Positions 26,901 through 38,900 of a stretch of DNA of 64,000 nucleotides are shown piece after piece (position 1 is the stretch's first letter; each line of letters opens with the position of its first letter). The notes under the pieces are model-generated. The model ran no database searches, was not told the DNA's origin, and saw only the letters and a list, made by a program, of their open reading frames with translations. The position numbers and the translations under genes are program-made. Source of the stretch: Antedon mediterranea. Taxonomy: Eukaryota > Animalia > Echinodermata. The DNA lies in assembly GCF_964355755.1 (NCBI RefSeq), contig NC_092680.1, positions 3,534,001 to 3,598,000 of the forward strand, written 5' to 3'.

Positions 26901-29900
26901 AACCAAAATACCTTTCAACTCTTCACATAAGATTTACGAGAATGTTGCAAACATTCATATTTTTTTATCTTGCATTCATTTCCATAAAAATAAAGATCAA
27001 AGTAATATCAACTGTTGATACACTGCGACATTAATCAGAAAAATGTATTTGCCTATGATGTCAATGTATATACAGTACTTACAAAATAAAAAATATGTAT
27101 TACGGTATGCCAATATTAATGAGGCCACCACCAGGAAAGTTAATCATACTTGTTTTTACATATAGCATACAGTAGATTTACCAATCATTTGACAAAATAT
27201 GGCAATACGGCATTGAAACAGTTTCCCGAGGTTAAACAACGTTCGGCTAACGTAGAGAACTTGAATAGAAGATCATCTAGGAATATCGTGTGTCCTAGGT
27301 ATAATGGTAAACTGGACCAGGCAGAGTAGTATGGGGTATAGTCACTCCACACTTCATATCCAATAATTAGTTAAAGTATGTCACTGGTGGGTCGCTTGGT
27401 GTCGTCAAACCAAGCGAGGAGCCCATTGATTGGATTTGGGAGTAGTCTGTAAATGGCGTTAATTACTTATGGATGGTATAGCATGGAAGAAAATAAATTT
27501 TTGTAATCTCCAGATTACAGAAATGATCACAGAATTTTTAATTATAGATTTTCACCATCCAGGATCAAGATTTTTTGCCAGAGCTACCAAAATCTTAGAC
27601 TAGACAATGTTCCTGAATTTACAGGGTATTTCTGGGTGCATTCCAAAAAAAAAAGAAACTAATGCTTATTTTTGTGTCATTGATTGAATAGTGTCCAGAA
27701 ATGATATCGTTTCGTCACTACAAACTATGTATATTTTTGTCAAGTTGGGAGGTCTGGATCGTATACTACTACAGTATACTGTATATGCAGTTATATATAG
27801 AGAACAACAAAATAAGATTATTTATTTAATGTTGAGAAAAGAAAATTAGAAAGAAAATTAGAAGAAATTACCTTAGAGCCTTTTAACTATCAACCTACAG
27901 TATTGCGCATGCCAACCAAGTGATGTTACACAGAAATATACTAATCATTAATTTTTAATATCAAGTTTCTCAAAACTGTTTAATGAAAAAAAATACTTGT
28001 GTTGTTTATAGATACATTGATTGAAAATACAGGTATCTTAATTGTACAGTGAAAGTAAAAGAATAACTCAACTGTCTCATCATAACTGTGGATTGTAAAA
28101 AACGACAAAATATTAATTGAGAGTGGCGATACAAATAACAGATCAAGGCGGGAGCCTCTCGTGGGAAGGACATTACCACGGCAACACCAAACATATGTTA
28201 CTTACCCTTCCTGTCTTGTCTCCCATTACTTTTTTGGAGTGAGAGATGAGAATACTGACAAGTGTATTCGATACAAAATATGTTGTATAGTATTCCTTAC
28301 AATCTTTGTTTTAATATGAAAATATTTGAAAATTTCACATTGAAGAAATTAATTCATGATAAAGACATTTTTCATGCTTGAGTGATATTGACACTTTATG
28401 TGAATGATTTTTGCTCTGATAAAAAAAACATTTTCCATACGCTTTTGTAAAAAATGCTTTTATAAAATGGAATTCAATTTATTCTATCTATGGGACATCT
28501 TCTCTGGGAAGACTCAAGTAGGCTATAAAATTTCATAACTTGTAGGCCCACTATGATTATACAGGCCCACTACATACATTAGTAAATCAGTTAATACTGT
28601 ATTTCAAAGAATTAATTAATTATAACATAAATTAATAAATTGGTTCATGAACAAAACGTTTCAAATATCACACTAAAAGCACAATAAGTACTGAAGCAAC
28701 GTTTTTTTTTCTTAAATTCTTTAAATTAAAAAAAGTTTTGTTCATTTATCAAAGGTATACAACTCGTAATGTTCATCTAGATTACTGTACTGCTTATATA
28801 ATCATAGCTTAGTATGTTTTAATACTTGGCTTGTAATAAATAAGAGACAGAATATTAAATAAAACAGCTCTTATTAATCTCTTCCTGTAAATTGTAAACA
28901 TTGAGTAGCAAAAAGTAAAAAATTCAAAATAGTCTTTGAAAACTTGATTCTGTAACTGGCACTGGATTGCCTCAACTTTTTGAGTTGTTTTAAGGTTTCT
29001 TCTGGGAGCAGCGCAACTAGACTGCTGCTATAAATGTTTAATGTTTAAAAATATAACACTACTTTATATTAATATCTTTCAATTGCTTAATTCTCTAATG
29101 GGAATTGATTTAAGTTCTGAAAGCAAATAAGAAATTTGAAATCCATATTCATTTGTATTCAAATGAGTTCTGTACATTTAAACACGTAATTGTCCCTAAA
29201 ATTATTTAAAAGTAGACTTGCTTTTTAGAAATTATATATAAATAAATAAGTCTCTACTGTTGTCTTTTTATTTTCTTTTTATTGAAAATGTAAAGAATAT
29301 ATAATCTCAAGTTAAAAGCACTTCACATCTTAACAAATCTATAAGAGATTATGATCAGATTCCATATAGATGAATCAGATGATTTGATTAATAAAACTGA
29401 TCATAAAAACAGCTACTTCAAATAAAACAAACCTATTAATATTAATATAGAATCGTTATATTCACACTGCCATTTAACTGTTTATTGAATATTTGTCCTG
29501 TTTCTGCAGCCAAGAACATGCTTATTAAAGAAACACTTGTTTCAAGTCAATTTAATAAGATATTTAGAACATTTACACTACCTAAATTTTGTATAATGTT
29601 TTTAAAAATAAGAAACAGTTTTGCTTTTAATCAAGGTTTTTAATATTGATTGTTCTGTGAAAAATTAACAAAAGTTGTTAAAACATGGTTAATAGTTGTG
29701 TGATGTATACCCAGGAGAGATTAGTAGAATCTGGGTACAAAACTTCCTGAACTAATTAACGAAGGACGTACCAAATGGTACCGGTTTGTAAAAGACTTAT
29801 ACCCAGTTAATGATAGGGATAGGACAATACTGTATATGTAATAGGCCAAGGTCAGATTGTTTTAAGCATATTTCACTTTTTAAATTAGTATTAATTTAAT

Positions 29901-32900
29901 GATGATTAACAGATGCCTGGTAGCCCATATGGTGGGGAACTAAATATGTGATATTGTCAAATGCTTTTTTTTCCTAAATCTAATTTCTCTTGTGCATTTA
30001 TATTAGGATTTGTATCTTTGTATAGTTTAGAACAAATATTACACAACATGCTCTATTTACTCTCAGAACATGGCGTGGTGATTAATATGCATACTAAAGT
30101 CAGAGTCCGAGGTTCAAATCCTGTCTGACCTCAAGATATGTTTACATTAATGAAACAACTCAATACTAGTAGAATATATAGTGTTTGTTGTGTGTCCATC
30201 ACATGAATGGATTGTCACTTCCAGGACAGTGTCACTTCCAGGACAGTGCAGTGACTTAAGTCAATTTATTGGAAATTCTTAAGGATGTATCGTCCACCAA
30301 AGCATAAAATAAAGATATATAAACCAAACTGTGACTATTAAAATTAATGATTTTACTTAATTAAAAAAACACAAAAATATAGTTAAAATTAACACAAAAA
30401 ATCAGAAAATGGGCTTCCGGTAAACTTTTTGGTGTTTTCTTTAAATTATAGTTACATTTATCAAAATAATTTTTGTTTTCAGGTTGGACAAGATAACTTA
30501 AAGCCAGAAGAAAACAACAATTATAGAACTACTGATACATTTACAAGGTCTATAATACTGTTTAGACCTACCACTGATTTTTATCTATTTTTCTATAAAT
30601 TTTCAACTTTGAAACACTGTACACTAGTAGCACTAGTATGAGTTACAAAGCAAAACAATCTCCACATTCATAGTCTGAATTCATTATACAATGAATGGTC
30701 AATGGTTTCAATACAAAGGATTGTTTTTCCTGATTAGACAATGAATTAATTAAACAGTAATTAAAACCTTTTGAAACCTAGTACTTTACTCCATAGTACC
30801 AACTAAAGAATTCTGTTACTGTATCAGTTCAGGGAGTTAGTTATACCTCCCTGAACTTTTGCAATGTTTTTGTGTTTAAAGCGATTGTCTTACTTTAATA
30901 ATAGTTTTATTTTATATCACATAGCAAGTCATTTGATGCTTGGTTGATTTTTGTACTTATAATCGGTCTTAATGTAAATTACTTCAATCGCCTCCAAAAC
31001 AAAACAAAAGGATATTTCAGGTACAAATTGGCCTACTCATGCAACATGGTATTTCATATCAGCACCACTGAGGCGAGTATTCAATTTGATCAGGATGAAA
31101 TCTTATATGTTCACCACTGAAACATACAGTAGCAAGTGTTTAGTGTTAGTAGAACCATTATTTTTTACATAGAAACAAAAATTGTATTTGACCTTTAACC
31201 TGCAGAACGGAGGACTCAACCAAGTAAACAAGAATATGTAAAAAAAAAAAAATTGATACAATTCCTGTCATGCCGAAAGCGACAAGATAAAATAGCCCAA
31301 CATTCCAGTGTCTCGGGAAAAAATTAACTAGTTGTTAAAAAATCAATTACACACACTTTTTTGCAAAATAGTAGTAAATTATAAGGGTCTTTAAGAACTG
31401 TCCCCTTGAGGTAAGCTTAAATAGTTAAAGATAAGATTTTAATGGAGATGGTCTTGTCTGGTAGATGTTAAGCATGCCAAATATAAAAATTGCTGTGTAA
31501 TTTGTGCTGTAAGAATAATAACAACTAGAGAAATTCCTTTAAGATGGTGTTGAAAAGAAATGCTGATGACTAAACAAAGCAAGTAAAAAAATTCAAAAAT
31601 TTATGAATGATTAGCTTCAAAATTATAAACAAAACCTAAGATTTTGGGAAAGGAAAAGAGAACATTTACATTAAGCTGGTTATATTTTTCAAAAATGACT
31701 AATATAGTAATATCATATATATATAATTTGCATTTGATAAGATAGTTTATTGTATGAAATATACTTATTGTATTATGTACAGTAACATTAGGTAAAGATG
31801 AATCAGTTTTCAGGGTTTGACTTCTAGAAGTTGAAGTAGAAATGAATGAGGGCCAAAGTTGATATGATCAAGAAGGGAAGCAGGAACATGAGTTTGGGTG
31901 GAACTTGGTTTGCAAGACAGTAAGAAGAGAAGATATGATGTAGCAGACAGATGATAACCGTTTGAAAAAGTTTGAAAATATAATAAAATCCTGATGTTCA
32001 AGATGTTTATGTATATATTTATTGTAAAGAACATTCATCAAAATAAAAAAATGAGGAAAGAACCAACAAATCCTGGATCACTTACTTCTAATTTTGATTT
32101 GAAGAATGATGCTCCCATTCCAATAAGTCTTAACAAAACCTGTAATAAAGAATAAAGTTAAAAAAATGTGTTAAATATTTATGTACTGTTTACTTCAAGA
32201 AGTGTTTTAAAAAATCAGGATAAAAAAAAACGTTTTCCAGATTCAAAGTTACATGTTCACATTCATTAATTTCCTTTATTTCAGATAGTACAGTACATTC
32301 ATATACAAAAAAAAAGAAACACATTTCACTGAGAACAAAAACAACCTAAAACATTAATAAAAAAACATTTATTTTAATAGGCATATTAAAAAAAATTCTA
32401 ATTTTAACTACAGTAACATTTCTATAAGGGGACACCTTCAGAATCCAGTTTTCTTGTATAGATGCCATCTTAAAAACATATTTCCCTCGCTCTTAAAAAA
32501 TGTTCTTTTAAGAAGTTAAGTGATAAATTAATTAAGGTATAGTATATACAGTTAAACTATTGAACTTTGTAGATTTTGTAAAATACAGGTGCACCAATAT
32601 TCATGAATGCATATACAATTGCCTATTTAATTTTTTTTCCAATAAGTCACCCACCATCGATTTTGGTAGATCACCAATGTAAAGATATCGGTATAGGGCC
32701 AGATGGCAATGAACTATTTAAAAACATATTACCAAGGTTATCAACTTATATATCAAAAGTATAGGATGTTTGTGATAATTAACAGTTCCTGGACTAATCT
32801 AGAAAATGTCGTAGACTTAGCCTCTACACCAGCAAATGCCTGTCACAACCCCAAAAGGATTTACTAAGACATACACTAGACGATAGTAGGCCTACCTAGA

Positions 32901-35900
32901 AATAAGCTAACGTTATGTCAATTTTCTATTCAAGTAAACTTAAACATAAAAGGAAGCTAAGGAAATTGTTGAGTGGAAAAGAAATTAAAAGGATAAAGTA
33001 AAGTAAAAGTGGGTAAAAGGTTAAAGGTTACAAAACGGATTGATATATAATAGCGTGTATGTCATAAAGAAAATAAGATCAATGTAATTTGTTAAAGATG
33101 ATAGTGGAAGATGGTACATACATTTTTTCAAAATATACCATTCAATATGTGCAAATATGAAACTCTTAAAATAAACACAAATTATAAAAGTATACAATAA
33201 TATAAAAACTGAAATTATTATAAAATGGAAGATAAAGTTTATACAAAACAAGGCCATATACATGGCTGCGGTCGCGTGCTCAAATTTGAGTTAGTGTTTA
33301 CCGACCAACCGACCGACATACTGTAAGTGAGCTGTAGAGTCACGTTTGCACGCAACTAAAAATTAAAGCTCAACATTAATACATAAAGAATAATTGATAA
33401 TCATCAATCAAAATTAGGCTAACAAAATAGAGCTGTCAATTATTATTTTTTACCAAAACTGAAGGCGAGTCCAAATTATGCATTTTTTCTTATGTGACTA
33501 ACTTCCCTACCCACCCACACACTCCATGTTATCCCTTGATAGGGGTAATTCCTCACCCCTCCCACACCCTCCCACACACACAGTAGCAAGCTCCACTATG
33601 ATTGGCTGGTAATTGATCCCTGGTGAATTTTATGAAAAGGAGTTGCTTGTCTCAATCAACGGATGTGAATGATTGGCAACGGTTTAATAAATGGAACGAA
33701 TCATGTGAAGGGATCGAAATAATAATTGATTAATTCACTTAAATCAGTGCGTGTCGGAATTGGTGCCTCGGGTTAGGCAATCTCCTCACTTATAAAACAT
33801 GGAAACTAGGAGATTTACAATATGGAACGGTGTAGTGAGTATACATAGTCCACACCCTGCTAAAAGCAAATAACCCAGATTCTAAACCATATTTCTTCTT
33901 TTTTTTTCATTTTTGTGTTAAATATTAAATACATAATTTGATTGCACAAGACAAACAGGTAAAATGAATAAAATCTAAAATACAAATAAAATATTTATCA
34001 TTATCATATTAGGCAGTTTTAAAAACATTTTATCTAAAACTTCAAGTGTATACATTTCCAAAAAATGTAATTAATCTATGAATAGCATTTGTAATGTAGA
34101 ATAAACATAATGCATTGGATATCAGTATTCAAAGTCCAATAAAATACTGGATTACTACTAAGCTCTCAGAAATGAAACTAAATTAAAATAATTGATACCA
34201 GATACATAATTACGATTTAATATTAAAGCATTCATTCCACGTAAAATAATGTTATGGCACGTGGTAACATCACAAAAGCTTTGTTCTTTATTTTGCTATT
34301 AATCAATAGCTGAATAAACAAAACTATTATTCAGAACGCATTTTACAAAATGGGATGTGCCCATATATGGACATGATGATGTCATATCACTACCATATTT
34401 GGGGATATTTACTGTTATACAGTATTTGGGCACATCACATTTGTGTTGTCAAACTAGTTTGATAGTGTAGACAGAGCTTTAAACAGGGGGTGGGGAGAAA
34501 CAATTGAATTTGAATGGAAAACATCTTATTAGATGACGCATTATTAATTTGTTTTGAAGAGGGAAATCAATGGCAACTTGTCAGACACATTTAAATATTA
34601 AAATTAATATCATATTCTTTAATTTTTAAACATCAAATTAATTGTATAAATTTATGAATATTGTTCAAATTAAAAAGGCAATAAATTTGTAGGTAAATTT
34701 TTCATTTCATATTTGCATGAGAAAATAAATATTATAATATAATATTATATTAATTTTTAACAAGACAAAATTGATTTTAAATTGAGAATGTATATTTTTA
34801 GCTATGGATAGGTATTCAAAATTATATTTAAAAAATTATACATTTGGAAACATGTCAAACTTTTTTTCAATTTTTTAAGTAGTTTATATTATTTTAAATG
34901 TTTTTAATATTATACTTTAGCTAACTATTAAACCTTTATTGTAAGTGCAAAAAAGAGCCTGCCAAAATTCTGTCAATGACCTTTAAACTAATGTTGTACA
35001 GTATATTAAATTATTGATATAATGTTATCTAAAAGCAATGGGTAAAGACTGTAAACATATATAACTGTGAATTAACTTATCTAATACGAGCCATAAACAG
35101 TTTCTTGGCACAAACAGTAAATCTTTCATAAATCCTCTATTACTATTAGTGTAAATAAATCAGTGATTTTACAAAAAGGTACAAACCGAAACATTGTGAT
35201 AGAAATGAACATGACTTTGTTCGTATGAGAGCTTGAGCCCTTAGTTTTGGCAATCCAAGGGGCCATTCAACACTGGGACAGGTGGGGGGGGGGAGTGTCT
35301 TAGCGACCTTGTTGCCATTTTTAGCCTTTTTTGACATATTTTAAAGCTTGCTTTAAGTTTAGATTTACTGTTATAAATACCATACTTCTAATTGAATTTT
35401 GTGTCAACATTATGAATTTGTGATAAAACAAAGGCAGCCACCGCAGACGACAGCACATTGTCGAACATAAACTTGATTAAAGGAAAATTTCCTAAAGTTT
35501 CACCTTTTTTCCACATTTTGTTGTTGTCTAGACCCTCGAGTCTGAGGCTCCCGAGTTTAACCAGTGAGCGCTCATAGCTGTTACGACACTGCCCTTTGTC
35601 ATGTTAACATAAAGCAATCAATATACCTATTAGAAGATGTGTTATCTTATCTCAGTATACATGTAAGTATACTGATATTATGATAACGTTAATGGCAATA
35701 TGGAGCAGCCCTCACTAATTCATTGGAAATCTTGTATTGCATTGAAAAGTAAACATCCTGGAACTGTAAAACAGATGCCTGTTATCCCACCGCGCCAACA
35801 TGGTTGAGGTAAGGTATTGTAAAAAAAGTAAATTACAATTTTGGAATATCCCCGCTAGTGATAAACACCTGTGTTCCTCACCACTACTGTATCAAATACA

Positions 35901-38900
35901 GTAGGCGATTACAGCAATTATAAAAGGCATATTCCTTTTGAGTTGCATTTCTCCCATTTTAACACCAATTTGTGATACACAATGATCTTTGTTTAGCTCT
36001 TCCTCAATTCTTTCCTCCTCCACAATTCTTTCCACAATCTGTTTCCTTCCTCAATCCTCTCCCTTTCCACAATCTTTTCCTCCTCCTCAATCATTTCCTC
36101 CTCCCCAATCATTTCCTCCTCCCCAATCCTTTCCTCCTCCCCAATCTCTTCCTCCCACCAATCTTTTCCTCCTCCCTAATCCTTTCCACAATCTGTTTCC
36201 TTCCCTAATCCTCTCCCTTCCTCCAATCCTTTCCTCCTCCCTAATACTTTCCTCCTCCCTAATCCTTTCCTTCTCCTCAATCCTTTCCTCTCCCTTTCCT
36301 CCTCCCCAATCACTTCCTCCTCCCCAATCCTCTCTCTTTCTACCAATCAGTCTTCTCCCCCATCCCCTGTCCTTAGTTTACCGTTATCATACTTACTTCA
36401 ACAATAAAAACAGATAAAATACTAAGTGTTGTGGCTGATAACGCCTCAAGTAAGGTCTCCATATCCAGTCCATCTGACCGTACTAAAAGAGAGAAAAATG
36501 ATAAAAATACAAAAGTATAAGTTATAAAACCTTAATAAATATAATATGACATTCAGAGTTTGATGTTCTTTTTTTCCTCATGTTATCAAAGATTAAAATT
36601 CTGTTTTAAATTTACTTACTATTTTAAAAAGTTTTATAAGATTTGTTGATAATAAATGTTATGTATTTCACACAATCTACTTAGTTTCATTTTAAGTTAT
36701 TATTTGGATGCACCTTTATAATCAAAGTGTGCCACTGTTGTAAAAGTGAAGTTTTCCAATAAATTATTATTATAGTGTTTGGTTTATTATTATTTTGTTA
36801 TAATATTATTTTAAAATTGTAACATTACAGTACAGTACTTGTATGTATATGGCTTTGTGTAAAAACAAATGTAAAAAAGAAAAGAAATGATGATGGTGGT
36901 TTGTGGGGAGGCTCCTACTGGAGGGCATAGTTCATGGACTATACCATTTGTGGAGAGGGGTGTTCAATGAAAATTTCTACTTTGCGAGGTATATCTCGCT
37001 CTTTAAGGAGAAAGGGCTATTGTCGGTTTATCCAGGTAAGCTAGGCACGAAATAGACATCAACATGTCTCGTCAATATTGCCATCTTTAAATTAAATTTG
37101 TCTTTATCTAATTGTGAAATTCAACTCTGAACATGAAATTCTATACTACATCATACCGTCACAAAGGATACATTGACTTCATACTAGTAAGTTTACTCTA
37201 AATTCAAATTTTAATTAAAGAAACAGGCCACTTATCGGTAATCTAAACATATACTGTATACAAAATGCGATCATACACATAGTTAATTAATGTAGGTTTG
37301 CAAAGCTGAAATGTACATTACAGTTATACTGTACTATGAGTCGTATCAATATTCAATGGGAAAAATGGACAAATTATATATTCTTTTAAGTGAATTAATT
37401 TACAATATTACAATTAATATCATAGCATTAATATATGTCTAGGTTGCTTTTAACATACTGTAACAATAAAAATTATCATTTGCAAAAAATATTTATTAAA
37501 ATTTAATTAATTATTGAATAAATTAGTTTCTATTTATTCAGTTATATTGCGGTACCAGCAAGATGTAGGTCGTGCCCTGTATGTCTGTTAATTGTGTCTG
37601 ATATTAGGATTAGAATTTTTTACAAGGGAGAAATCAGTAGAAGTGACAGATACAGGATTTTGTAATGTAGGGGACAGGGCCTAAAGGTAGTAAAACAAAG
37701 TGCTCAACTAAACCTAATGTCATATTATTTTGCATTGTATATTTTAAAACCTAAATACCTTAAAGTACTTAAAGACCCCTTCCCTGCAATTTTGGACGTT
37801 TTTTGGAAAATAATACATATATATCACTTTAAAAACATTAAACCATGTCATTCCTTGTCTTAAATGTACGTTTTATGGTAAATTATGATAAAAAGTGAGA
37901 AACAATGCACTTCCTAAGTAGCTCGCGGCGATCGACCTCTCGTGGACAGTCTTAGGCCTAGCCTAGCTAGGCTTAGTTTTGTAGGCCTAGCTGGTAAACA
38001 TCGGTAACGTACGAACATCGTACGCTAGCTATATACCTAGCCTGACGTTGTATAGTTGCTGCATTAATTGTCTTTTTATTTTTGCCAGACTCCGTTGATA
38101 CAAATTGGGGGAAACCCGGTATTTGTGCTGAAAAGTTAGGAGTCTTCCATTTGTTTTGGCCTCACGATCGATCGAAAAGTGGGCGAATTACAGGTGAAAA
38201 ACAAAAATATCAATCTGCACGCAAAGCATTTTGGGATTTATAGCGGGCCGCTATAATTATTAGAATCGACTTATTTTTCACATTTTAACCGTTTAAAGAT
38301 GAAAAAAGTTATCGCAATAGGTCCATATAGTATTATTTTTACATTAAATATAGTTTGTGATCTTAAATTAGATCTAAAAAACGTAGGGAAGGGGGCTTTA
38401 ACATAATAAAAAATCCTTAAAGATGTATTGTCCCCCGGAAAAAATTATTTTTTTGTTGAATATGCCATTTTAATGTTACATTATAGTTATTCACTTTCAC
38501 CAAAATTGGATCGGAAAAACAATTAGTATTTACCTGAAAAAACTGTAATTTAAAGAAAAAAAATAGTCAAACTGGCTGCCATGGGTTTTTGGTTGAATTT
38601 ATCCATTTAAAACATTTTTTTTTTTTCGGTTTTTTTTCTAGGGAAGTGATTAACTTTGTTAAAACTACAAAATGGCATATTTAAAGTCTGAAAATAATTA
38701 ATCTTTCATGTTTTTGGGGGACAAGATGTCCACGTAATTTGAGAATTTCAAACAACCTGAAATGTCTATGATGATGCATCTGTTTTTGTATTCTCATTTT
38801 AATATTTGTTCAATCAATACTATAAAACGAACAGTCATATAGTTAGTCATCCTAATGCAGTTATAATAACAATGGATCATAGACCTTCTTGTTAAATATA

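Noticed and set aside
30067-30130. tRNA-like A/B boxes (also 44294-44365 and 47558-47625) as functional tRNA genes
   Set aside because: Acceptor and anticodon stems do not pair properly; better explained as SINE heads.
35972-36417. Pro-rich (PPPQSF)n ORF
   Set aside because: Translation of an 18-bp minisatellite antisense to the VSD gene.
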